Notes: generated by a model not told the origin, from the letters alone. A stretch of 64,000 nt of DNA from an uncultured Chitinophagales bacterium (GCA_964642875.1 CAZXRF010000003.1:554-64553), one strand, 5' to 3'; shown: positions 27,333 to 38,459, counted from the stretch's first letter. Numbers and translations are program-made.

Positions 27333-28586
27333 CTATGTTTTTTGTGGTTTTTTCTTAGCTGCTGGGAATAAAATATTATTCAATATTAATCTATATCCAG
27401 GGGAGTTGGGGTGCAAGTTTAAATCAGTAGGAGGGTCGCCAACACGGTGCTGGAAATCTTCTGGGTCGTGTCCGCCGTAAAAAGTCCAAGTGCCTTTCCC
27501 AAATGTTCCGTGTAGGTATTTGGCTTCGTTCAAACTTTTGTTTTCACCCATAATTAATACATCGGGTTTTATTACCGATTTTTTGAAAGCTGTAGTTTGC
27601 CCCATAAATCCTTTAACCATTTTTTCATGGTCTTGTGTCAACATAGACGGCACTTGATCCCATTTTGCGGAAAAATCAAAAAGGCTGAAATAGTCCATTT
27701 CTTTGGGTATGGGACGAATACCGGGAACGTCTATAGTTGAAAATTCATATTCGTAAGGATTGGTGCTGAGGAGATAATTTTGGAAAGCAAACCCTTTTGA
27801 AAAATCCAATTTTTTTTGTGCATTGGGATCAATAGGGTCGTGGTCGAATTGTTCTGTGCAGATATCTATTCCTTCGGCAGCTAAAGCAATATCATACGAG
27901 TCAGTAGCAGAACACATGGCAAACATATAGCCACCACCCATTACAAAGTCGCGTATCTTCTTAGCTACTGCTAATTTTTCTTGCGAAACCTTAGAAAACC
28001 CTAATGCTTTGGCTCGTGATTCATAATCAGCAACTTGCTTTTTATACCAATCTGCATATTGATAAGCAGCCCAAAATTTTCCGTATTGTCCTGTAAAATC
28101 TTCGTGGTGCAAATGCAACCAATCGTATAAATGTAAGTTGTCGTTTAGGATTTCTTCATCATAAATTACGGTATAAGGGATTTCTGAATAGGTTAATACT
28201 AAAGTTACGGCATCATCCCAAGGTTGGCTTGTTTTAGGAGAATAAACTGCAATTTTTGGTGCTTTCTCTAAACGCACGGCATCCATATTTACTTCAGGAT
28301 TTGCAATGTCTTGTAATATTTTACTCATTGCGGCATCAGGAATAATTTCACATTTCACATTACGTATCAAACATTCTTTCTCAAATTCTTTATTATACGG
28401 AAATGAAAAACTGCCACCTCTATAATTTAATAGCCAATCGATAGGTATATTTTTAGTAAGTACCCAATAAGCTATACCATACGCCTTTAGATGGTTGTTT
28501 TGTGTTTCATCCATCGGAATTAATATGAAAGATGCTTTTGCTGCAATCGTAGTAAAAAATAAGAGTATAAATGCAAATCTCTTCAT
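27333..28586 (-). CDS. Conserved secreted protein of unknown function
   Basis: 417 aa with signal peptide MKRFAFILLFFTTIAAKA. I recall similar Bacteroidota proteins annotated as asparagine synthetase B, but I see no supporting motif. Confidence 0.55.
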   Translation of the reverse strand: MKRFAFILLFFTTIAAKASFILIPMDETQNNHLKAYGIAYWVLTKNIPIDWLLNYRGGSFSFPYNKEFEKECLIRNVKCEIIPDAAMSKILQDIANPEVNMDAVRLEKAPKIAVYSPKTSQPWDDAVTLVLTYSEIPYTVIYDEEILNDNLHLYDWLHLHHEDFTGQYGKFWAAYQYADWYKKQVADYESRAKALGFSKVSQEKLAVAKKIRDFVMGGGYMFAMCSATDSYDIALAAEGIDICTEQFDHDPIDPNAQKKLDFSKGFAFQNYLLSTNPYEYEFSTIDVPGIRPIPKEMDYFSLFDFSAKWDQVPSMLTQDHEKMVKGFMGQTTAFKKSVIKPDVLIMGENKSLNEAKYLHGTFGKGTWTFYGGHDPEDFQHRVGDPPTDLNLHPNSPGYRLILNNILFPAAKKKPQKT

Positions 28587-28591
28587 CTGCT

Positions 28592-28599
28592 CAAAATTA
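28592..28599 (-). promoter_or_regulatory. -7 box TAATTTTG, 5 nt upstream of the 27333-28586 gene ATG
   Basis: Exact TAnnTTTG match on the minus strand. Confidence 0.35.
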
Positions 28600-28827
28600 C
28601 AATAAAATCAGTTCCAATTTTGGTTAAAATATGTTTTCTAAATTAGGTTTCTTGCATTGAATACAATAAACCATTCAAATACTTTTGTTAATTCAGTAAT
28701 ATAGATATTAAACTAAGGCCTTATTTTTGAAGTTTAAAATAAACCGATTTATAATCTTAACTCAAGAATGAAATGCAACTTTTAGCAGAAAAGGAATAAA
28801 GGTTATAAAAAATCAAATTAGTACTAT

Positions 28828-31017
28828 ATGCGATTTCAGCCTACCAAACAGCTTAATTCGATTTTACAACAAGAATATTTTGAACCAACTATCAGTTGGG
28901 CTTTACGTGTTGTCTTTGCACTGAATGTACCATTGATATTATTGCCATTAAGAACCGGCTATCGCAAAGAAATTGTTTGGACTGCATTTACAGCATATCT
29001 ATTGTCTTTATTAGATTTTAGAGGACAACATGCTCAGAAAGTTATGGTACAGATTATAGAATCATTGCTGATTGTTGCAGCTGCATTTGTGGGTATGAAT
29101 GTGGCAGGTAATTTATGGTGGAGCATCGTATGTATGTTTGTAATAGGTATGTTTGCTGCATTATTAAGAAATTGGAGTGATTATGGTGGCACGATTGGTA
29201 TTGCCATGGGATTTTTTTATCTGTTTGGGTTGGCAAATCCAGAAAGTATGGAGGTCTCAGTACATTATATGTTGTGGATGCTTTTGGGTGCAGCATGGGC
29301 ATTGTTAATTACGCTGACCTCCTTTCTTTTCCAAACCTCAAATCCATTAAAGCGGTCTGTAGCGACAATTTGGAAAAAGAATACAGAATTATTAGATGTT
29401 ATTGTAAAAGAAAATTTAGCTGAAAAACCTAATATTAATTCAATAATAGAAAAAGAAGTGGCCCTTCGGATAGCCATCAATAAATCCATTGAGTTATTCA
29501 AACGCAAAAGTAAAAATGCCACCGGAATACAAGCAACGCATTATAATCTTACTATCGAACACCGAAAAGTAGCATCATTATTTGGCGCATCTATAACATC
29601 ATTACATGAGGAGTTAGAAAATTTAAAAGAGATAGAATTTGAAGAAATACGTGCATCGGTAATTTACAAAACACTCTCGGCATTTGGGCAGGCAAGTGCA
29701 CGAATGGCGATTGCTGTATTTACGAATAGAAAGGAAGATTTTACACTGGCAAAACTTCGGGTTCGTCGTTGTGAAATTGCCATAACATTACTAAATGAAT
29801 CTTGCCATGATTTAAAGTTGTCGAAAAGCCAAAAACATTCTATCGACCATTTTATACAAACATTACAAGTAGCGTATGATTATTTGCAGCAAGCTATTTC
29901 GATACTAGATGAAAAAATACGATTACGAAAAAGTGTTCAAATCGAGGAATATAAATTGAGTTTTAATAATTTTATTGCGGGCTTAAATCCTTATGAATGG
30001 GTGATGGCTTTGCGAATATTGTTTAATGTTAATTCACAACAATTCAAATATGCATTACGCGTAGCGGTAGCCTTGTGTATCGGTGTATTTATTTTTAAAT
30101 ATTTTGATATTAACCATGGTTATTGGATACCTTTAACTATCATCATTGTGATACAGCCATACTACGGGGCAACTTTAAAAAAAGGAATTGAACGGGTGAT
30201 TGGCACTGTTGCCGGTATTTTTATAGGGGGCATACTTACGCTCTTGCATTTGCCTCCTATTTTTTATGTAGTGGTGTTGGTTGTCGTTTCTTTCTTTATC
30301 GTTTATTTTATTCGTCATAATTATAAAGTAGGTGTTTTCTTTTTAACCTTAATGATGGTGTTGCTATTGCATATTTCGTCACAGTCCAGTTGGCAGTTGA
30401 TTGCTTGGCGAATAATTTCAACTTTCATTGGTTCGGCGTTGGCAGTAATTGCCGGATATGTTTTTTGGCCAATGTGGGAGAAACAGCGTTTTCCAACTTT
30501 GATGTCTGATGCTTTGATGAAAAATAAAAATTATCTTCAATCCGTTTTAAATTATTTGCTAAATGAAAGTACAGAATCGGATTCTTGGATAAAATTGAGA
30601 AATATTGCAGAAGCAGCCAATAGTGATGTTTTTGCATGTGTACAACGAATGAATGATGAACCTCAGCATATTCAACAAAATGTAAATATTAGCTTTTCGT
30701 TAGTAGGTATTAATGTTCGCCTTTCTCGAGAAATTACATCAATAGCATTAAGTTTTTCTTCAATGGCGAAAGGAAATATACAGTCGGAGGGTTTGCAAGC
30801 ATATAAAGTGCAAATACTAAAAATATTGGACGAGTTGAATAGTTATATTGAAAGTGAAAACACTGCTATTGCTCCAGAATTTAAGCAATTAACTATGCTG
30901 ACACAGCAAATAAAATTACAGGTTTCTTCCTATCGTTTTATCAAAACAGAATTGGAAAAAATAGTATTTGAATTAGAAGGCATGTATATGCTCTTAAAAG
31001 ATGCTCAAAAGCCATAG
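28828..31017 (+). CDS. FUSC/YccS-family integral membrane protein
   Basis: 729 aa with two multi-TM blocks separated and followed by long helical soluble segments, the architecture of the fusaric-acid-resistance-like family. Confidence 0.7.
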   Translation: MRFQPTKQLNSILQQEYFEPTISWALRVVFALNVPLILLPLRTGYRKEIVWTAFTAYLLSLLDFRGQHAQKVMVQIIESLLIVAAAFVGMNVAGNLWWSIVCMFVIGMFAALLRNWSDYGGTIGIAMGFFYLFGLANPESMEVSVHYMLWMLLGAAWALLITLTSFLFQTSNPLKRSVATIWKKNTELLDVIVKENLAEKPNINSIIEKEVALRIAINKSIELFKRKSKNATGIQATHYNLTIEHRKVASLFGASITSLHEELENLKEIEFEEIRASVIYKTLSAFGQASARMAIAVFTNRKEDFTLAKLRVRRCEIAITLLNESCHDLKLSKSQKHSIDHFIQTLQVAYDYLQQAISILDEKIRLRKSVQIEEYKLSFNNFIAGLNPYEWVMALRILFNVNSQQFKYALRVAVALCIGVFIFKYFDINHGYWIPLTIIIVIQPYYGATLKKGIERVIGTVAGIFIGGILTLLHLPPIFYVVVLVVVSFFIVYFIRHNYKVGVFFLTLMMVLLLHISSQSSWQLIAWRIISTFIGSALAVIAGYVFWPMWEKQRFPTLMSDALMKNKNYLQSVLNYLLNESTESDSWIKLRNIAEAANSDVFACVQRMNDEPQHIQQNVNISFSLVGINVRLSREITSIALSFSSMAKGNIQSEGLQAYKVQILKILDELNSYIESENTAIAPEFKQLTMLTQQIKLQVSSYRFIKTELEKIVFELEGMYMLLKDAQKP

Positions 31018-32525
31018 TGGTTAAATAAAATTTCAATGGCATTTTGCTGTGCTGGAAATGCGGCTTTTAGTTTTATTTTTAATGCAGTTAAACTCTGTAC
31101 ATCGGAAGAAAATAGGCTGTAGATTTGTGTAAAAGTAATTCCCGAAACTTGATCAAAAGGCTCATTATTGCCAGTGTCATATAAATCGTAATACAACCCA
31201 TAAGGAATCCAATTTGATGTTGGGTTTTCATTCCAATTTAAAAATTTTTGTTGCTTGTAAATATAATAAGCACACATATTAGAAGCATCTTCTGCCCATG
31301 CCTCAGATAAGCTTATAATTCCTGAATTGGAGAAGGATTTTTCTCCATACCCACCGTGTTGGTATATGTACTCCACATAAGGTTTCCAAAACACTGGACC
31401 TACCTTTGCATAGTGTGCAGCATGTGATAATTCATGAAATAACACTTCAATAAATGAGGCTCGCGCAGCAGTGGAATATGGCATGTAAAACGGCGCATAA
31501 ACATCGGGCAACTGATCTTTAATGGCAATTGCTAACGGCTGTGCTAATATCGTTGGTATTCCAAATAAATTACTAATTAATTCAGTAGGATTTGCAATGC
31601 CTTGCAGTGTCATATTTCGCAACATAGGAGTAGCATAAGAGGTGCTGATTGGAGCATCTTTTCCTAGCCAAAACAAAAACTTTTTATCTGGCATCATAAA
31701 CCCAAAATCTGCAGCAAATTTTTTATACTCATTAAAGGCTAATAAGGTAGCACAAGAATGGTGTAATGCTGCATTATTAAAACTTCTTCCAATCTCCACG
31801 TTCAAATCTGTAAATGCACAAGATTTTTTAAATCCCAAGGAAAATGTATTTACGCCAAATATGCCTAACAGATTTGCCATATCTAACGTATGAATTTCTA
31901 AGTAATCGTTATCGAATTTTATCAGCACTTCTACTGTGTCGCTAATAATATCTGATGAAGTAACATTAAATTGCCCGTCTTCATTAGTGGTTGCAGTGGT
32001 GAAATTTGTAACATCTTTTATTACTACTTGTATTCCTTTTAAAGGAACAAATGTGCTATCTACTGGATCGAAGAAAGTAACTCGGCCGGAAAAATGTTTT
32101 GCATATCCTGTATTTTTTCGAAGTGTTGCTGATGTTTCTTTTTGCGCCAAATTGCTAATGATTTCAGCATCGTAGGACGATATATTTAAAGAAGATGGAG
32201 CAACGCCATAATATACACCGTATGCTTTAGTATGCTCTGTTTTGTAGTTTAGTTGATTATCTGGTGCTGCATCAAAAGGATGGTCTAATAAAAATACACC
32301 TTGTTTTTCCAATGCTTGATACTGTTCTATAGAGTGTATTTTGAAACGCACATAATGATGTGTAATTTCTGTTTTTTGTAAATGTGTTTCGGTTGGAATA
32401 GAATACGGATTTTTTAATTGATGTGTGATTTCAATGGTACAAGAATCGTTAGGAACGTTGTTGTTTTTTTTACAACTCCAAAGAAATATAATACACCAAA
32501 CAAGTAAGAAATTTATTTTCTTCAT
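31005..32525 (-). CDS. Putative zinc metalloprotease lipoprotein
   Basis: Lipobox LWSC. CarboxypepD_reg-like segment (GRVTFFDP...KGIQVVIKD...EDGQFNV). HExxH in LFHELSHAAHY. Confidence 0.65.
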   Translation of the reverse strand: MKKINFLLVWCIIFLWSCKKNNNVPNDSCTIEITHQLKNPYSIPTETHLQKTEITHHYVRFKIHSIEQYQALEKQGVFLLDHPFDAAPDNQLNYKTEHTKAYGVYYGVAPSSLNISSYDAEIISNLAQKETSATLRKNTGYAKHFSGRVTFFDPVDSTFVPLKGIQVVIKDVTNFTTATTNEDGQFNVTSSDIISDTVEVLIKFDNDYLEIHTLDMANLLGIFGVNTFSLGFKKSCAFTDLNVEIGRSFNNAALHHSCATLLAFNEYKKFAADFGFMMPDKKFLFWLGKDAPISTSYATPMLRNMTLQGIANPTELISNLFGIPTILAQPLAIAIKDQLPDVYAPFYMPYSTAARASFIEVLFHELSHAAHYAKVGPVFWKPYVEYIYQHGGYGEKSFSNSGIISLSEAWAEDASNMCAYYIYKQQKFLNWNENPTSNWIPYGLYYDLYDTGNNEPFDQVSGITFTQIYSLFSSDVQSLTALKIKLKAAFPAQQNAIEILFNHYGF

Positions 32526-32550
32526 AGCATAGCCTTTGAATAAAGATAAT

Positions 32551-32580
32551 AAAAAAGCCCGGCAGTTTGCCGAGCCTTTT
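32551..32580 (-). terminator. Rho-independent terminator downstream of icd
   Basis: On the minus strand: AGGCTCGGCA-AAC-TGCCGGGCT followed by T6. Confidence 0.75.
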
Positions 32581-32599
32581 ACTATATTATTCTATTGCT

Positions 32600-33868
32600 T
32601 TAGAAATTTTTGATGATGGCATCTCCAAATTCAGAGCATTTTAGTAAAGTTGCCCCTTCCATCAAACGGTGAAAATCGTAAGTGACAGTTTTTTGGTCAA
32701 TAGCCTTTTCCATGCCTTTGACAATTAAGTTAGCTGCTTCTTGCCAGCCCATAAATTCGAGCATCATCACGCCTGATAAAATAACAGAACTAGGATTTAC
32801 TTTATCTTGATTTGCATATTTAGGCGCTGTACCGTGTGTAGCTTCAAAAATTGCCATACCTGTCAAGTAGTTAATGTTTGCACCCGGAGCAATTCCGATA
32901 CCGCCAACTAAAGCTGCTAACGCATCTGAAATATAATCGCCATTGAGGTTTAAGGTTGCTACCACATCGTATTCTGATGGTCGTAAAATAATTTGTTGTA
33001 AAAAATTATCAGCTATAGCATCTTTAATAATCAATTTACCTTCAGCTTCCGCTTTTTTGAGTGCAGCATTTGCCTCTTCTTGTCCGTCTTCTGCTAAAAT
33101 TCTATCGTATTGATTCCATGTAAATACTTTATCGCTAAATTCAAGTTCTATCATCTTGTAGCCCCATTCTTTAAATTTACCTTCTGTAAATTTCATGATG
33201 TTGCCTTTGTGTACCAAGGTAACAGACTTTCTGTTGTGCGCTAATGCATATTTAACTGCTGAACGTATTAGACGCTCTGAACCTTCTAAGGATACTGGTT
33301 TTATACCTAATGAAGAGGTTTCCGGGAAACGAATTTTTGTACCTACATTCATTTCTGTTTGTAAGAAATGTAATAGTTTTTTACACTCCTCTGTACCTTC
33401 CATCCATTCAATGCCGGCATAAATATCTTCCGTATTTTCTCGGTAAATAACCATATCTACTTGTTCAGGAACTTTTGAGTTAGAGGGTACACCATTAAAA
33501 TAACGAACAGGACGAACACATGCATATAAATCTAACAACTGGCGCAATGCCACATTTAATGAGCGGATACCTCCACCCACAGGAGTTGTAAGTGGTCCTT
33601 TTATAGCAATCAAATGCTCTTCAATCACTTTTAATGTATCGTCCGGTAGCCAAGAACCAGTTTGTTTGTAGGCTTTTTCTCCTGCTAATACTTCTTTCCA
33701 ATGTATTTTGCGTGTTCCGCCATACGCTTTCTCTACGGCTGCATCAAATACCCGTACCGATGCTTTCCAAATATCCGGTCCGGTTCCATCGCCTTCAATA
33801 TAAGGGATAATAGGTTCGTCAGGCACTTCTAAGTGCCCGTATTTCATTGAAATTTTTTCTGCTGACAT
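32600..33868 (-). CDS. icd: NADP-dependent isocitrate dehydrogenase (homodimeric, E. coli Icd type)
   Basis: 422 aa. N-terminal [14 protein letters not shown], then [16 protein letters not shown] and [10 protein letters not shown] motifs. Confidence 0.92.
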   Translation of the reverse strand: MSAEKISMKYGHLEVPDEPIIPYIEGDGTGPDIWKASVRVFDAAVEKAYGGTRKIHWKEVLAGEKAYKQTGSWLPDDTLKVIEEHLIAIKGPLTTPVGGGIRSLNVALRQLLDLYACVRPVRYFNGVPSNSKVPEQVDMVIYRENTEDIYAGIEWMEGTEECKKLLHFLQTEMNVGTKIRFPETSSLGIKPVSLEGSERLIRSAVKYALAHNRKSVTLVHKGNIMKFTEGKFKEWGYKMIELEFSDKVFTWNQYDRILAEDGQEEANAALKKAEAEGKLIIKDAIADNFLQQIILRPSEYDVVATLNLNGDYISDALAALVGGIGIAPGANINYLTGMAIFEATHGTAPKYANQDKVNPSSVILSGVMMLEFMGWQEAANLIVKGMEKAIDQKTVTYDFHRLMEGATLLKCSEFGDAIIKNF

Positions 33869-34082
33869 AACTTGTATTTTATTGTTTTAGGTTTGATAGT
33901 ATCTCAATACTTCTATATGGAGACAAGTATTCAATTTATGGTGCAAATATAAATATTATTTGATGCTTTAACATAAAATTTACAATGAATATTCTGTGTA
34001 ATTAACACATTTTAATTTCAAGTAAGATTGTTTCTAAATAATGTATTGTATTTTAACGGAAATAATTAAAAACAGTTTTTAA

Positions 34083-34946
34083 ATGAAAAAGTTTTTTACA
34101 ATAATTACCCTTTCCCTTTTATTAAATAATGCATTTGCACAAGAAATAAAAATAATGACTTGGAATATTTTTATGATACCTCCCATTATTTTCAAATCTT
34201 GCCAAGAAGACCGTGCGGTATATATTAGCGATTATGTAAAAAAAGTGAATCCTGATATTATGGTATTTAATGAAGCATTTTTAAAAAATATAACAACTAT
34301 TTTGAAGGATAAATTATCGGCTCTTTATCCGTATCAATCAGATGTAACTCCAAGAGGTGCTATGAAGTTGAATAGCGGTGCTTTAGTATTTAGTAAGTTC
34401 CCGATTTTAAAACAAGATTTTGTACAGTATAAAAGTAAAAGAGGCTCGGATCGATTTGCTAAAAAAGGCGCTCGTTACGTAGAATTAGCTGTGAATAACC
34501 AACGAATACAATTAGTAACTACACATACCCAAAGCCTTGTAAAATATAGTGCTGCACGCATTAAACAATTTACACAATTAAAAAACCAACTTTTAGATAA
34601 ATACTACCAAGATTCTATACCTCAGTTTATAGTAGGTGATTTGAATTGTAATTATTATGATACATCAGAATATAATATTATGATAAAGACTTTAGATGTA
34701 TTGCCCGTTGCTTATTCCGGAGAAAGATTTAGTTGGAATGGTGTGGAAAATGATTTAGCGTATAAGTTCTCTGAGCATACACAAGAAACTTTAGATTATA
34801 TTCTGTTGCGTAATTCTACATTTGCCAAAGCAACTATAAAATCTACAGAAATTCTAAAGCCATCCTGTGGATGTACTATTTGCAAGTATAAATTCAATTC
34901 CTTTTCAGACCACTATCCTGTAATTTCAACTATCGAATTGAAATAA
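34083..34946 (+). CDS. Secreted endonuclease/exonuclease/phosphatase-family enzyme, sphingomyelinase-C-like
   Basis: Signal peptide, then [20 protein letters not shown] and SDHYPV motifs of the EEP fold as seen in bacterial neutral sphingomyelinases. Confidence 0.7.
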   Translation: MKKFFTIITLSLLLNNAFAQEIKIMTWNIFMIPPIIFKSCQEDRAVYISDYVKKVNPDIMVFNEAFLKNITTILKDKLSALYPYQSDVTPRGAMKLNSGALVFSKFPILKQDFVQYKSKRGSDRFAKKGARYVELAVNNQRIQLVTTHTQSLVKYSAARIKQFTQLKNQLLDKYYQDSIPQFIVGDLNCNYYDTSEYNIMIKTLDVLPVAYSGERFSWNGVENDLAYKFSEHTQETLDYILLRNSTFAKATIKSTEILKPSCGCTICKYKFNSFSDHYPVISTIELK

Positions 34947-34954
34947 TTTCTTGT

Positions 34955-34962
34955 TATCTTTA
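34955..34962 (+). promoter_or_regulatory. -7 box TATCTTTA, 4 nt upstream of the ruvB ATG
   Basis: Identical 8-mer and spacing to the purS element. Confidence 0.35.
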
Positions 34963-34966
34963 TCCC

Positions 34967-35992
34967 ATGCAAAATCCAAACTTAGATGCTACTGGCGAGT
35001 TGCTTTCCAAAACTGAAAAAGAATTGGAGAAAGTTCTGCGCCCTCAGGCATTTGAGCAATTTTCAGGTCAACCACAGATAATTGAAAATCTAAATATTTT
35101 TATTCAAGCGGCAAAACAGCGTGATGAAGCCTTAGATCATGTGTTGTTACATGGCCCTCCGGGTTTGGGAAAAACTACCTTGTCTAATATTATTGCTAAT
35201 GAATTGGGCGTTGAATTAAAAACGACTTCGGGGCCAGTATTAGAAAAACCCGGCGATTTAGCCGGATTGCTCACCAATTTGCAACCCAATGATGTATTAT
35301 TTATAGATGAAATACATCGATTAAATACAACAGTGGAAGAGTATTTGTATTCTGCTATGGAGGATTACCGTATCGATATAATGATTGATAGTGGACCTAG
35401 TGCAAGAAGTATTCAAATCAACTTAAATCCTTTTACGCTAATTGGCGCTACTACGCGTTCGGGATTGCTTACAGCGCCGTTGCGTGCAAGATTCGGTATC
35501 ACTTTTCGGTTAGAATATTATACGACAGAAATATTGAAAAAAATTATCAAACGCTCCTCTACTATTTTAAATACTGAAATAGACGAAAAGGGCGCGGCGG
35601 AAATAGCTAACAGAAGTCGAGGAACTCCCCGAATTGCCAATGCACTATTGCGCAGAGTTAGAGATTTTGCTCAGATAAAAGGGAATGGAAAAATAGAATT
35701 GGAAATTGCAAAATATGCTTTATCGCAACTCAATGTAGATGAACATGGATTGGATGAAATGGATAATAAAATATTAAATTCTATTATCGAAAAATTTGGT
35801 GGAGGTCCAGTGGGAATCACTACCATTGCTACATCTGTAGGTGAAGAGCCGGGAACTATCGAAGAGGTATATGAACCGTTTTTAATTCAAGAAGGATATT
35901 TAAAACGCACGCCTCGGGGTAGGGAAGCAACTGCAAAAGCATATAACCATATTGGTAAAGTACCACCCCAACAAACGGGTAGTTTATTTTAA
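34967..35992 (+). CDS. ruvB: Holliday junction branch migration helicase RuvB
   Basis: 341 aa with Walker [10 protein letters not shown], Walker B LFIDEIHR and the RuvB C-terminal winged helix. Confidence 0.95.
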   Translation: MQNPNLDATGELLSKTEKELEKVLRPQAFEQFSGQPQIIENLNIFIQAAKQRDEALDHVLLHGPPGLGKTTLSNIIANELGVELKTTSGPVLEKPGDLAGLLTNLQPNDVLFIDEIHRLNTTVEEYLYSAMEDYRIDIMIDSGPSARSIQINLNPFTLIGATTRSGLLTAPLRARFGITFRLEYYTTEILKKIIKRSSTILNTEIDEKGAAEIANRSRGTPRIANALLRRVRDFAQIKGNGKIELEIAKYALSQLNVDEHGLDEMDNKILNSIIEKFGGGPVGITTIATSVGEEPGTIEEVYEPFLIQEGYLKRTPRGREATAKAYNHIGKVPPQQTGSLF

Positions 35993-36009
35993 TTTTTAAA
36001 AGTAATTCT

Positions 36010-36249
36010 GTGATACGCATTGCCACATTTTACAATCAATTTGATGCTGAATTAGCAAAAATAAGATTAGAAGACCATCAAGTTTTTTGTTTTATAAAAA
36101 ATGAACACCTCGCACAATTACAATTCGGAATTGCTAATTTCGAATTAATGGTAAATGAAGAAGATAAAGAATTAGCTTTGCATTATTTGGAAAATGATAC
36201 TGACGATTTAGATAAATCTATAGATGATTTAACGGGGAATATAAATTAG
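36010..36249 (+). CDS. DUF2007-like small protein
   Basis: 79 aa with a GTG start. Pattern (I..F....EA...K..LE...I) resembles the putative signal-transducing DUF2007 fold. Confidence 0.45.
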   Translation: MIRIATFYNQFDAELAKIRLEDHQVFCFIKNEHLAQLQFGIANFELMVNEEDKELALHYLENDTDDLDKSIDDLTGNIN

Positions 36250-36998
36250 TTATAGTTTGTTTGCTTGCTGGTTTTATTGTGCAAAATAGCAAATACCACG
36301 TAGCTTACAATTATTGTACTTAATCCCAACCATTTAAAAAGAAATAACTGAGGTATTACACTAAGTAAAAATATTACTCGCATTTTATTTTCTTTCCAAT
36401 TAAATGGATTACCTTTCATACTGAAAATTTCTATTTCTGCAATAGCTAAAAATGCTAAAAGAAATGATATAATAATGGCTGCAACTTTACTATATATTAC
36501 AAAATCCCAATTATTTTCGAATTGCCATTTTGTAAAAAACTGCATATAAAATCCAACTACAAAAATAGTACATGCCGGTGTGTTTAGCCCAATAAAATTA
36601 ATCGTTTGACGGGTATCTAAATTAAATTTTGCCAAACGCAAACATGCAAACAACGTATAGACAAAACCCAATAAAGCAATCGGATTATCTATTATTGATA
36701 CTGGTGCATTGGATACTTCACCTACGATAAAATTTGTTTTGAAGCGTAAAATATTATATAACATCATTCCAGGTAAAACGCCGAAAGTTACCATATCTGC
36801 AAGTGAGTCCAATTGTCCGCCTAAATCAGATTTTACATTTAATGCTCGTGCTACAAATCCGTCTAAGAAATCTGCAATTAATGAAATAAGAATAAAAATA
36901 GGTACTAAGTTGTAGCTGCCTTGCATACAGGCTATTATACCGCAGCACCCTGAAAATAAATTCAGTAGCGTTAGTGAATTTGGGATATGCTTTTTCAT
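36246..36998 (-). CDS. pssA: CDP-diacylglycerol--serine O-phosphatidyltransferase (CDP-alcohol phosphatidyltransferase family)
   Basis: Signature DFLDGFVARALNVKSDLGGQLDSLAD in a multi-TM protein of 250 aa. Confidence 0.8.
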   Translation of the reverse strand: MKKHIPNSLTLLNLFSGCCGIIACMQGSYNLVPIFILISLIADFLDGFVARALNVKSDLGGQLDSLADMVTFGVLPGMMLYNILRFKTNFIVGEVSNAPVSIIDNPIALLGFVYTLFACLRLAKFNLDTRQTINFIGLNTPACTIFVVGFYMQFFTKWQFENNWDFVIYSKVAAIIISFLLAFLAIAEIEIFSMKGNPFNWKENKMRVIFLLSVIPQLFLFKWLGLSTIIVSYVVFAILHNKTSKQTNYN

Positions 36999-37016
36999 AT
37001 TATATACTCGACAAAG

Positions 37017-38459
37017 CTAATTCTTTTTGTCGGGTTTATATAGTTTGTCCAGAAAATCGGATACCATATCTTTTAAAGAGCCACTGCCAGATAACTCGCT
37101 CATCATACCATACATAGCGGCACTGCGCTTGCTTTCCGGATTTTCATTTCCAGCAAATCGTTGTGTAAGAGATTTAAATTGTTGCTCGTTCAACATTTTT
37201 TTTAGTTGCTTTACCGCACTTACTTGGAGATTATTTTTTAAATGAGATAATGTAAAACGTTTTGCTTTTTGAACCGCAGTTTTTAAGTCATTAATAAACA
37301 ATTCTCCCTTACCCACGTGAATATAATTTAATAAAACATGCAAACTTGCCGGCAATTGTTGTCTGTTTATTGTCCATCCTAATTCTGCCAATTCATCCGC
37401 TACTTCATAGACATCTACAGTGTCAGAAGAAAAGGCAAATAAGGTAGCTTGTGGATTGCCTAATATTTTTAATTCAGGAATTTCTTCTTTTATTTTTTGT
37501 TTTATAAAATGTGTTTCTTCCATCACCTCACGCGCCATACGTCGGTAGCCTTCTTCTCCTATCAGATGCAGTGCTGTCCATGCCGCAGCTATTGGTCCGC
37601 CGCCTCGCGTGCCCATAAAAGACGGAGAACCATAAATGCCGCCACTCCAATCTGTTTTTACATAAAACTGTCCTTTGCGCAATTCCGAATTTTTATATAG
37701 TACTACGGAAGCACCTTTTGCGGCATATCCGTATTTGTGTATATCTGCCGACATGGAAGTTACTCCATCAATTTCAAAATCAAATTTCGGTAAATCATAA
37801 CCTTCCATTTTTAAGAATGGTAAGATAAAACCTCCCACACAAGCATCTACATGTAGTAAACATTTATGCTGCTTAGCAATAAGGGCTAATTTTTCTATGG
37901 GATCTATTGCACCTTGCGGATAGGAGGGAGCCGAGCCTACAATAAAGACAACATCACTGCTGAGTTGTTTTTTTAAATCTTCGATATCTAATCTAAAATC
38001 GCTATCAACCTTTATGAGTTTATAATTAAACTCTATGGCATCTGCCGCCTTGCAAAATGCAGGATGTGCAGTTTCTGCTAAAAGCATTAATGGATTTTTA
38101 GTTTGTTTATTTTTTTTTGCCCATTCTTTTGCTGCTCTTACAGCCATATATATACTTTCTGTACCGCCCGATGTCATAGTACCCGTTACTTGCTCATCGC
38201 CATGTAGTAATGTTGCAGCCATTTGAACTATTTCAATTTCCATATTTTTCAAGCTGGGGAAAACTGCTGGATTTAGTGCATTTGTAGCAGAAAATTTAGC
38301 ATAAGCCTCTTTTATGGTAGTATAATATTCATCTCCTGGGTAATAAACATAACCAAAGAATTTTCCTTCTTTCCAATTCATGTCGTTTTTGGAATATTCT
38401 TCCCATTGCTGACGTATTTCTTCCTTATTTAATCCTGTGGCAGGTATGGATTTGTTCAT
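37017..38459 (-). CDS. PLP-dependent group II decarboxylase-fold enzyme, sphingosine-1-phosphate-lyase-like
   Basis: GTMTSGGTESIYMAV and SMSADIHKYGYAAKGASVVLY (PLP-Lys motif) closely resemble the Dpl1/SGPL1 family as I recall it. No N-terminal TM segment. Confidence 0.75.
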   Translation of the reverse strand: MNKSIPATGLNKEEIRQQWEEYSKNDMNWKEGKFFGYVYYPGDEYYTTIKEAYAKFSATNALNPAVFPSLKNMEIEIVQMAATLLHGDEQVTGTMTSGGTESIYMAVRAAKEWAKKNKQTKNPLMLLAETAHPAFCKAADAIEFNYKLIKVDSDFRLDIEDLKKQLSSDVVFIVGSAPSYPQGAIDPIEKLALIAKQHKCLLHVDACVGGFILPFLKMEGYDLPKFDFEIDGVTSMSADIHKYGYAAKGASVVLYKNSELRKGQFYVKTDWSGGIYGSPSFMGTRGGGPIAAAWTALHLIGEEGYRRMAREVMEETHFIKQKIKEEIPELKILGNPQATLFAFSSDTVDVYEVADELAELGWTINRQQLPASLHVLLNYIHVGKGELFINDLKTAVQKAKRFTLSHLKNNLQVSAVKQLKKMLNEQQFKSLTQRFAGNENPESKRSAAMYGMMSELSGSGSLKDMVSDFLDKLYKPDKKN

